DNA from: an uncultured Enterobacteriaceae bacterium
GTDB lineage: Bacteria > Pseudomonadota > Gammaproteobacteria > Burkholderiales > SG8-39
NCBI GenBank assembly: GCA_964651335.1
Contig: CAZYVT010000006.1
Span: 1,659-65,658, forward strand
Direction of reading: 5' to 3'
Length of the DNA stretch: 64,000 nt
Positions 46,734 through 53,959 of this stretch are shown here, in pieces. The translations under genes were made by a program, and so were the position numbers. Within the stretch, counting starts at the first letter, position 1, and each line of letters starts with the position of its first letter. Under the pieces are notes generated by a model. It saw nothing but the letters and a program-made list of their open reading frames with translations. It had not been told where the DNA came from and did no database searches.

Positions 46734-47381
46734 ATGCAGAGGATGGCCAAGGTGGAAATTCTGCCCACGATTGAGTGCAAACCCAACGGCCCCTACCTCG
46801 TCAGAGACCTCGGGCGCCTCGCAAATCCGAGAGGCGAGCCGATTCCCTGCAAACCCGTCATGTCCCTGTGCCGCTGCGGCGGATCGGCGAACAAGCCGTT
46901 TTGCGACGGCACGCACCAGAAGATCGGTTTCTCCGGAACCCGGCTTGCCGACAAAAGCGCCGACCGGCGCGACTCCTACCGGGGAAAGAAAATCACGATT
47001 CTCGACAACCGCGCGATCTGTGCGCACGCGGGACGCTGCACGGACGGTCTCGCCGCCGTCTTCAAGCTCGGAAGCGAACCCTGGATCGACCCGGACGGCG
47101 CCGGGATCGAAGCGATCATCGAAACGATCCAGAAGTGTCCATCCGGTGCGCTGAGCTATGCGCTGGAGGACGTCGAACCCCGGCACCCCGTGCGCGGGCC
47201 TGCGATCACGGTCACGAAGGATGGACCGTACGAAGTCGTGGGCGCCCGCTTGACAGGCGAATCCTGGGGCGAAGGGGCCTCGGCCGGGCGCTACACGCTG
47301 TGCCGCTGCGGCGGCTCGAAGAACAAGCCGTTCTGCGACGGCACGCACTGGAGCATCGGCTTCCGCGACGACAAAAAATAA
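46734..47381 (+). CDS. CDGSH iron-sulfur protein: CDGSH - divergent 4Fe-4S mono-cluster - CDGSH
   Basis: Two CDGSH motifs (CRCGGSANKPFCDGTH and CRCGGSKNKPFCDGTH) flank NRAICAHAGRCTDGL...KCPSGALSY. An alternative start is ATG 46743. Confidence 0.85.
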   Translation: MQRMAKVEILPTIECKPNGPYLVRDLGRLANPRGEPIPCKPVMSLCRCGGSANKPFCDGTHQKIGFSGTRLADKSADRRDSYRGKKITILDNRAICAHAGRCTDGLAAVFKLGSEPWIDPDGAGIEAIIETIQKCPSGALSYALEDVEPRHPVRGPAITVTKDGPYEVVGARLTGESWGEGASAGRYTLCRCGGSKNKPFCDGTHWSIGFRDDKK

Positions 47382-47412
47382 CGCGCTGCCCGTTCCCGGG
47401 GACGGTGCCGGA

Positions 47413-47520
47413 ACCGGCAATTGGACGGCCCGCAAACCGTCAATTGGCCGCTCGGAAGGTTGCAAATAGCCGGGATATAAAGTTGCAATCAGCCGGGGGC
47501 TGAACTTACAATCAGCCGGA
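47413..47520 (+). repeat. phased direct-repeat array abutting the ATPase start codon
   Basis: Three 16-17-nt repeats, GTTGCAAATAGCCGGG (47459), GTTGCAATCAGCCGGG (47482) and CTTACAATCAGCCGGA (47505), occur at exactly 23-bp spacing. They are preceded by two ACCG(G/T)CAATTGG units (47413, 47436), also 23 bp apart. A shared CAAT core lies at 47418, 47441, 47463, 47486 and 47509. Confidence 0.55.
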
Positions 47521-48765
47521 ATGGCTGCCCAACGCTTCTACCCTCGATTCGCAGAGCCACGGCTCAAGGAGGCGCTCGCCGATACGCCCGTGGTCCTGAT
47601 CCACGGGCCGCGCCAGTGCGGCAAGACCACTCTGGCGCGGCAACTGGGCGCAAAGGCGGGCTACGAGTACAAGAGCTTCGACGACGAAGTGACGCTTGCT
47701 GCGGCAAGGTCCGACCCGGTCGGCTTCGTGGCGGATCTTCCGCCGAAGTGCATTCTCGACGAGGTGCAGCGGGCGCCGGGGATTTTCACCTCGCTCAAGA
47801 TGGTAGTGGACGAGGACCGGGCACCGGGCCGGTTCCTGCTCACCGGCTCCGGGAACGTGCTGCGAGTGCCCGCACTGTCGGATTCGCTCGCGGGGCGGTT
47901 GGGGATTCAGCGTCTGTACCCGCTGGCGCAGAGCGAGTTGGCGGGTGATCCGCCGCATTTCCTCGAAACGCTGTTCGGCAAGCGCTTCCCGGCGCGAAAG
48001 CGCCCGCGGCTGGGGAGGGAGCTGGCCAGCCGGATCGCCAACGGCGGCTATCCGGCGGCGCTGGGGCGCAGCACCGCGCACCGCCGGGCGGCCTGGTACC
48101 GGGACTACGTAGAGACGATGGTGCAGCGTGACGTTCGCGATCTGGCGCGCATCGCTTCCCTCGATACCTTGCCGCGACTTCTCGAGCTCGTCGCCGGGCA
48201 GACGGCCCGGTTGATCAACATCAGCGATCTGGGCGCGCCGCTGCAGTTGAGCCGGCCGACAATCCGCGACTATGTGACCTTGCTCGAAGGCGTCTTCCTG
48301 CTCGAGGAGTTGCCGCCCTGGCACAGCAACCGGCTCAGCCGGCTGATCAAGACGCCGAAACTGCATATTGGAGACACCGGAATCGCATGCGCCCTGCTGG
48401 GACGTGACGCCACGGCGCTCTGGGAAGATCGCGCACTGCTCGGACAGATGCTGGAGACTTTCGTCTTCCAGGAGTTGCGCCGGCAGGCGAGCTGGCAGGA
48501 GGACGAGATCCGGTTCCACCACTTCCGCGACCGGGATGGGTTCGAGGTCGATCTCGTCCTCGAACGAGTGGGCGGAAAGTTGGCCGGAGTGGAGGTGAAG
48601 GCCGGAGCTACGGTGACGGCCGCCGATTTCCGCGGCTTGCGAAAACTGAAGGAGGGAGCCGGAAGGCACTTCGTGGCCGGTGTGGTGCTCTACGATGGCG
48701 AGACGCCTGCCAGCTTCGGGGAGGGCCTGTACGCCGTGCCGCATTCCGAACTCTGGATGAAGTGA
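47521..48765 (+). CDS. AAA+ ATPase of the COG1373 / AAA_14 + DUF4143 type
   Basis: Walker A GPRQCGKTTLARQL, Walker B-like ILDEVQRAP, and a C-terminal FEVDLVLERVGGKLAGVEVKAG segment (D/E...ExK pattern). Confidence 0.85.
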   Translation: MAAQRFYPRFAEPRLKEALADTPVVLIHGPRQCGKTTLARQLGAKAGYEYKSFDDEVTLAAARSDPVGFVADLPPKCILDEVQRAPGIFTSLKMVVDEDRAPGRFLLTGSGNVLRVPALSDSLAGRLGIQRLYPLAQSELAGDPPHFLETLFGKRFPARKRPRLGRELASRIANGGYPAALGRSTAHRRAAWYRDYVETMVQRDVRDLARIASLDTLPRLLELVAGQTARLINISDLGAPLQLSRPTIRDYVTLLEGVFLLEELPPWHSNRLSRLIKTPKLHIGDTGIACALLGRDATALWEDRALLGQMLETFVFQELRRQASWQEDEIRFHHFRDRDGFEVDLVLERVGGKLAGVEVKAGATVTAADFRGLRKLKEGAGRHFVAGVVLYDGETPASFGEGLYAVPHSELWMK

Positions 48766-48778
48766 GAATTTGACGCCC

Positions 48779-49450
48779 ATGCCCGGCACCGTCGGCCCCA
48801 ATGCCTGCGAACTCTACGAGACGGATTCCGAAGTCGTCGTCGCCTTCCTGGTGAGCGGGGGCAGCGGCGGTCTGCTCAGGTATGACGGACGCTCGGGGTG
48901 GACGTTTCATCCCGCCGGGAGCTTGGTCTGGGATTCATTTCACCAGGGTGTGTATAGAAACCACAGGGCGAGTCGGCTCACCTCGGAGGATCTGGAACGA
49001 CGGGGCATTCCTCCGCCGCCGGCCGATCGATACAGCGGTGCCCCAGCGGTGGCCTGGAAGGATCAGTTCAATGCGGAAATGTCTCTCAGCGCGGTGCCGC
49101 CCGGCATCCTGGATAGGCTGACGGAGGATGCCTCACGGGAAAGAAGCGTCTATCTGGTGCTGTACGAGGACGTGTACGAGACGGCGTTTGGCGACGGCTG
49201 CTTCCTGTATCCGCAGGCCGCGTTCTGGACGGAGAATGAGGCGCGGATTTTCCTGCGGCTGCGGCTGGCGAAGGAATCGGAGCGGCCGAAGAATGAAGTG
49301 GGATACAAGTACCGCCTCAAGGAGATCCGGCTGAGGGCCGACGAGACCGGACAGAAGCTCTCGGCAGCCCTGAACATCGAGATCTACGAGCATTATTCAG
49401 TTGACGACGTCGTGCGGTTGCTGGCGGGTAGGTCGGAGAATCCCGATTGA
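48779..49450 (+). CDS. hypothetical protein, tightly linked to the ATPase
   Basis: 223-aa ORF. ATG 48779 lies 13 nt after the ATPase stop; the TTG at 48770 is also possible. It has no recognisable motif or TM. Coding is supported only by length, frame and position. Confidence 0.5.
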   Translation: MPGTVGPNACELYETDSEVVVAFLVSGGSGGLLRYDGRSGWTFHPAGSLVWDSFHQGVYRNHRASRLTSEDLERRGIPPPPADRYSGAPAVAWKDQFNAEMSLSAVPPGILDRLTEDASRERSVYLVLYEDVYETAFGDGCFLYPQAAFWTENEARIFLRLRLAKESERPKNEVGYKYRLKEIRLRADETGQKLSAALNIEIYEHYSVDDVVRLLAGRSENPD

Positions 49451-49501
49451 AGCCGCGGGTAGGCGGCCAATCGCACTTCATCGCGCAAAATGGGCCACCG
49501 T

Positions 49502-49948
49502 ATGCTGAAAATCCTCCTCCTCCAGGGCCCCAACATGAGCTATCTCGGCCGCCGCCAGCCGGCGCTCTATGGCAAGACCACCGCCGCGGAGCTGAACGCC
49601 ATGCTGCGAGCGCACGCGCGAGCGAACAAGTACAAGCTCGCCCTGTTCTATACGCATAGCGAAAGCGATGCGATCGAACGGCTCTACCGCGCGGTCGATG
49701 AAGGGTTCGACGGACTGGTGATGAATCCTGCCGCATTCCTGTTCGCCGGCTATGCGCTGCGCGACTGTCTGCGCGCCGTGCCGATTCCCTACATCGAGGT
49801 CCACATCACGAACATCGAGAAGCGCGGCATTCACTCGATCCTGGCGGAGACCGCCGTCGGGTGCATCGCCGGGTTCGGTCTCCAGTCCTACTTCCTGGGA
49901 CTGGATGCGATACTGAGGCACGTGCGGATTTCGCGGTCGAGAGACTGA
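49502..49948 (+). CDS. aroQ: type II 3-dehydroquinate dehydratase-like protein (divergent paralogue)
   Basis: ILLLQGPNMSYLGRRQPALYG...MNPAAF...YIEVHITNI follows the AroQ scaffold (GPN, GRRxPxxYG, NP, EVHxxN). Two substrate-binding segments are altered. The start is 49490 or 49502. Confidence 0.7.
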   Translation: MLKILLLQGPNMSYLGRRQPALYGKTTAAELNAMLRAHARANKYKLALFYTHSESDAIERLYRAVDEGFDGLVMNPAAFLFAGYALRDCLRAVPIPYIEVHITNIEKRGIHSILAETAVGCIAGFGLQSYFLGLDAILRHVRISRSRD

Positions 49949-49958
49949 ATTGGACGGC

Positions 49959-50002
49959 CAGAACATGCCCCGCGCTATACTCTTCGTTGCAGACATGTTC
50001 TG
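49959..50002. promoter_or_regulatory. inverted repeat bracketing a -10-like box upstream of hicB
   Basis: CAGAACATG (49959-49967) and CATGTTCTG (49994-50002) flank TATACT (49976-81). The right arm ends 10 nt before the hicB ATG. Confidence 0.4.
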
Positions 50003-50012
50003 AGGTGTCACG

Positions 50013-50231
50013 ATGAAGCTCACCGCGGTTTTCGAGAAAGTTCCCGAGGGATACATCGGGTTTGTCGAAGAACTTCCCGGTGCGAATACTCAAGGCGCCA
50101 CGCTTGAGGAAGCGAGGGAAAATCTCACTGAGGCTGTTGAACTTGTACTGGAGGCCAACCGGGCCTTGGCTGAAGAGTCGATTAGAGGAAAAGACGTCAT
50201 CCGCGAGGTGCTGCCGCTGCCCGCGGAATGA
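50013..50231 (+). CDS. hicB: HicB-family antitoxin (short form, no obvious DNA-binding domain)
   Basis: MKLTAVFEKVPEGYIGFVEELPGANTQGATLEEARENLTEAVELVLE is the typical UPF0150/HicB fold. GAGGTG Shine-Dalgarno. Confidence 0.8.
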   Translation: MKLTAVFEKVPEGYIGFVEELPGANTQGATLEEARENLTEAVELVLEANRALAEESIRGKDVIREVLPLPAE

Positions 50232-50413
50232 AACGGCTTGATCTCGTCCGCCATTTGCAACGACACGGCTGCAGTCTCCTGCGCGAAGGTGGCAAGCATT
50301 CGGTGTTCGTGAATCGGGCTGCCGGAAAGTCGTCCACGGTACCGCGTCATCGGGAGATCAATGAGTTCCTGGCGCGTAAGATCTGCCGCGCGCTTGATGT
50401 TCCAGAACCATAA
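50228..50413 (+). CDS. hicA: HicA mRNA-interferase toxin
   Basis: MKRLDLVRHLQRHGCSLLREGGKHSVFVN...STVPRHREI is the HicA dsRBD-like motif. The ATG overlaps the hicB stop (ATGA). Confidence 0.85.
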   Translation: MKRLDLVRHLQRHGCSLLREGGKHSVFVNRAAGKSSTVPRHREINEFLARKICRALDVPEP

Positions 50414-50435
50414 TCGGCAAACTCTCCCTCGAAAT

Positions 50436-51428
50436 ATGCAACACCTCCGCTTTGGCCGCACCGGCTTGCAAGTCTCGCGCCTGTGCCTCGGCACCATGAC
50501 CTTCGGCCTGCAGTGCGACGAGAAGATTTCGCACTCCATACTCGACGCAGCAGCCGAGGCCGGCATCACCTTTCTCGACACCGCCGACGTCTATCCGCTC
50601 GGCGGCAAGCTCGAGGATGCCGGGCGCACGGAAGAGATCATCGGCCGCTGGCTGCGAGGCAAGCGCGAAAAGTTCGTGCTCGCGACGAAGTGCAGCGGCA
50701 AGATGGGGCCGGCGCCCTGGCAGCAAGGAACCTCGCGCAAGCACGTGCTCTCGGCGATCGATGCGTCGCTCAAGCGGCTCGGCACCGATTACGTGGACCT
50801 CTACCAGGTGCATCACTTCGACGCCGCGACGCCGGTGGACGAAACGGTGGAAGCGTTCGACGCGGTGGTGAAAAGCGGCAAGGCGCGCTACGTCGGCGTT
50901 TCCAACTACCACGCCTACCGCGTCGCGCGCGCGCTCGGCCGCGCTGAAGCGCTCGGCCTCGCAAAGCTCGTCTCGGTGCAGCCGCGCTACAACCTGCTCT
51001 TCCGCCAGATCGAGCGCGAGCTGCTGCCGCTGTGCGAGGAGGAAGGCCTCGCCCTCATGCCCTACAACCCGCTCGCGGGCGGCCTGCTCACCGGCAAGCA
51101 CCGGCGCGCCGCGCCTCCACCCGAGGGCTCGCGCTTCACCCTCGGCACCGCGGGCAAGATGTACGCCGAGCGCTACTGGAGAGAGCGCGAGCTCGACACC
51201 GTGGACGCATTCGTCGCGCTGGCGAAGGAACACGATATCCCGCCCGTTACGCTCGCTGTGGCCTGGGTGCTCGCCCATCCCGCGGTCACCGCGCCGATCG
51301 TCGGTGCGAGCAAGCCCGAGCAGCTCGCCACCAGCGTCGCCGCGGCCGAATACAAGCTCGATCCGAAGCTCAAGGAACAGCTCGACCTGCTTTCGCACGA
51401 ATACCGCATGGGCGACGCCGCGCGCTGA
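50436..51428 (+). CDS. aldo/keto reductase
   Basis: MQHLRFGRTGLQVSRLCLGTMTFG..., FLDTADVYP, GVSNYHAYRVA. 330 aa. Confidence 0.9.
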   Translation: MQHLRFGRTGLQVSRLCLGTMTFGLQCDEKISHSILDAAAEAGITFLDTADVYPLGGKLEDAGRTEEIIGRWLRGKREKFVLATKCSGKMGPAPWQQGTSRKHVLSAIDASLKRLGTDYVDLYQVHHFDAATPVDETVEAFDAVVKSGKARYVGVSNYHAYRVARALGRAEALGLAKLVSVQPRYNLLFRQIERELLPLCEEEGLALMPYNPLAGGLLTGKHRRAAPPPEGSRFTLGTAGKMYAERYWRERELDTVDAFVALAKEHDIPPVTLAVAWVLAHPAVTAPIVGASKPEQLATSVAAAEYKLDPKLKEQLDLLSHEYRMGDAAR

Positions 51429-51478
51429 CGCGGGTGCTTTTGCACCCGATCAGGGCGGGTGCTACCCTGCCGCGCGCC

Positions 51479-53959
51479 ATGCCCAGGGAGCTGCTCGCCG
51501 ACTATCCGCAGGCCAACGGGCGCTACGACGAGATGTTCGCGGCGCCGCAGGAGCCGCGCGCGTACTGGAAGTCGATGCTCGAGCAGCTCGCCGCCGAGCC
51601 CGCGGAGCGCATGCGCGAGCGGCTGCAGTCGGTGCAGCGCCAGATGCGCGAGAACGGCGTCACCTACAACGTGTACGCCGATCCCCAGGGCGCGGACCGT
51701 CCCTGGGAGCTCGATCTGCTGCCGCTCATCCTGCCGCAGGAGGAATGGAGCGGAATCGAGGCGGCGATCGTCCAGCGCGCGACGCTGCTCAATGCGACTC
51801 TGCTCGATGTTTACGGCGAGCAGCGGCTGTTGAAGGAAGGACTGCTCCCACCCGCGCTGGTGCACGGGCACGCGGGCTTTCTGCGCCCCTGTCACGGCGT
51901 GAAGCCGCCCGGCGGCGTGATGCTGCACCTGTACGCCGCCGACCTCGCGCGCTCGCCGGACGGGCAATGGTGGGTGTTGGACGACCGCACCCAGGCGCCC
52001 GCGGGCGCGGGCTACGCGCTCGAGAACCGCATCGTCATCTCGCGCGCGTTCCCTGAGCTGTTCCGCGATCTCAAGATCCAGCATCTCGCGAGCTTCTTCG
52101 CCACGCTGCGCGACAGCCTCGCGCACTGGGCGCCCCAGGACGGCGGGACCGGCCCCTTCACTGTCCTGCTCACGCCAGGGCCGCTGAACGAAACGTACTT
52201 CGAGCACGCGTATCTGGCGCGCTACCTCGGCTTGCCGCTCGTAGAGGGCAGCGATCTCACGGTGCGCGAGGGCTGCGTCTGGCTGAAAACTCTCTCCGGC
52301 CTGAAACGCGTGCATGCCGTGCTGCGGCGCCTGGACGACGATTACTGCGATCCGCTCGAGCTGCGCGGCGATTCCACGCTCGGCATCCCGGGCCTGGTAG
52401 ACGCCACGCGCCGCGGCAATGTGCTGGTGGCGAACGCTCTCGGCGCGAACCTCCTCGAGTCGGGCACTCTGCTCGGCTTCCTGCCGCGGTTGTGCGAAAG
52501 ACTGCTCGGCGAAGGGCTGAAGATGCCCTCGGTCGCGACCTGGTGGTGCGGCGAGCCGCCGGCACTGAAGAGCGTGATCGAAAACCTCGAGCACCTGGTG
52601 GTCAAGTCGGCGTTCCCGCAGCTCCGGGTCGAGCCGATGTTCGGCGAGGACCTCGACGAACGCGGCAGGAAGCGCGTCACCGCCGTGCTGCGCGCGCGGC
52701 CGAACGACTACGTCGCGCAGGAAATCGTGCAGTTGTCGCAGGCGCCGGTCTGGGACCGCTCGCATCACCGGCGGCTGCTCGCGCGGGCGATGGGGCTGCG
52801 TGTCTATGCCTGCGCCAGTCCGAACGGCTACGTCGCAATGCCGGGCGGCCTGACGCGGGTGGCGAGCGCGGCCGATACGCGCGTGATCTCGATGCAGCGC
52901 GGAGGAAGCAGCAAGGACACCTGGGTGATCGCCTCAGGGCCGGTGAGCACGTTCAGCCTGCTGCGGCGCGCGATCGGTCCCGGGGAGCTGGTGCGCGCCG
53001 GCACCAACCTGTCGAGCCGCGTGGTCGAGAACCTGTTCTGGTTCGGCCGCTACTCCGAGCGCTGCGACGCCACCGCGCGGCTGCTGCGCGTGGCCCTCGG
53101 CCGCCTGGTGGACGAAATTCCCGGAGACGACGAGCGCGTGCGGCCGATGATCGTGGAGCTGATGCGCCGCGCGGGCATCTTACCCGCGGGCGAGCGCGAT
53201 CCGGAGGACGTCGAGCTCGCGCGCGCGCTGCGCGCCGCGGTCGCGGACGAATCCCGGCCCGGCCTTGCGAGCGGACTGCGCGAGCTCGCGCGCGTGGCTT
53301 CGCTTCTCAGGGAGCGGCTCTCGCTCGACAACTGGCGCACCCTCAACCGGATGACTCGCGGCCTCCCGGTGCACAGGGGCCGGCATCTGGCGCTCGCCGA
53401 CGTGCTGGCCGAGCTCGACACCACGATAGCGTCGTTCACGACGATGTCCGGATATGCGCTCGACGGGATGACGCGCGACCCGGGGTGGCGCTTTCTTTCC
53501 ATTGGACGGCGCATCGAACGGCTGCAGACGCTCGCCACCACTCTCAAGCTCGCGCTTGCCGGGCCGCCCGAGGCCGACCTTTCCTGGCTCCTGCGGCTTT
53601 CCGATTCGATCATCACCTATCGCGCGCGCTACATGACGCATCCGGAGTGGTTGCCGGTGCTCGATCTGCTGGTGTGCGACGAGGCGAATCCGCGCTCGAT
53701 CGCCTTCCAGGTGCTCGGGCTGCAGGACTTCGTGCGCCGGCTCACCGAGCTGTTTGGCAATTTCGGCGACGAGCGGTTCGAGTCCTCGGTGGCGGCGCTG
53801 AAGAGCATCGACCCGGGCGCGGACCTCCGGCCGGGCAGTGAGCGCCTGGCCGCGCTGCTGGAGGAGTGGTACCAGGCCTCCTTCCGGCTCGGGGAGCAGC
53901 TCGGACTGCGCTTCTTCAGCCACGTCGGCGAGTCGAGCCGGCAGACCTTTGCAACTTGA
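51479..53959 (+). CDS. fused circularly permuted ATP-grasp + alpha-E protein, system B
   Basis: 826 aa. The N-terminal half parallels system A (YDEMFAAPQEPRAYW, NVYADPQGADRPWELDLLPLILPQEEW, VVKSAFPQL). The C-terminal half has the alpha-E hallmark (LSSRVVENLFWFGRYSERCDATARLL). The ORF-track start at 51032 would overlap the AKR gene. Confidence 0.85.
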   Translation: MPRELLADYPQANGRYDEMFAAPQEPRAYWKSMLEQLAAEPAERMRERLQSVQRQMRENGVTYNVYADPQGADRPWELDLLPLILPQEEWSGIEAAIVQRATLLNATLLDVYGEQRLLKEGLLPPALVHGHAGFLRPCHGVKPPGGVMLHLYAADLARSPDGQWWVLDDRTQAPAGAGYALENRIVISRAFPELFRDLKIQHLASFFATLRDSLAHWAPQDGGTGPFTVLLTPGPLNETYFEHAYLARYLGLPLVEGSDLTVREGCVWLKTLSGLKRVHAVLRRLDDDYCDPLELRGDSTLGIPGLVDATRRGNVLVANALGANLLESGTLLGFLPRLCERLLGEGLKMPSVATWWCGEPPALKSVIENLEHLVVKSAFPQLRVEPMFGEDLDERGRKRVTAVLRARPNDYVAQEIVQLSQAPVWDRSHHRRLLARAMGLRVYACASPNGYVAMPGGLTRVASAADTRVISMQRGGSSKDTWVIASGPVSTFSLLRRAIGPGELVRAGTNLSSRVVENLFWFGRYSERCDATARLLRVALGRLVDEIPGDDERVRPMIVELMRRAGILPAGERDPEDVELARALRAAVADESRPGLASGLRELARVASLLRERLSLDNWRTLNRMTRGLPVHRGRHLALADVLAELDTTIASFTTMSGYALDGMTRDPGWRFLSIGRRIERLQTLATTLKLALAGPPEADLSWLLRLSDSIITYRARYMTHPEWLPVLDLLVCDEANPRSIAFQVLGLQDFVRRLTELFGNFGDERFESSVAALKSIDPGADLRPGSERLAALLEEWYQASFRLGEQLGLRFFSHVGESSRQTFAT

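Noticed and set aside
47419-47430. An exact 12-mer AATTGGACGGCC at 47419 and again at 49948 could be direct repeats bounding the ATPase-orphan-aroQ segment.
   Set aside because: In 64 kb, on the order of a hundred same-strand 12-mer coincidences are expected by chance. There is no flanking extension of the match, so it is not evidence of an insertion boundary on its own.
51431-51448. CGGGTGC-TTTT-GCACCCG hairpin after the aldo/keto reductase gene.
   Set aside because: It is a neat 7-bp stem but has no downstream T-run. It may still be a processing or termination signal, but the evidence is insufficient to annotate it as a terminator.
51032-51478. N-terminal 149-codon extension of the fused ATP-grasp/alpha-E ORF (ORF-track start 51032).
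   Set aside because: It overlaps the 3' third of the aldo/keto reductase gene in another frame and is Arg-rich nonsense. The family-typical N-terminus (…YDEMF…) begins right after ATG 51479.
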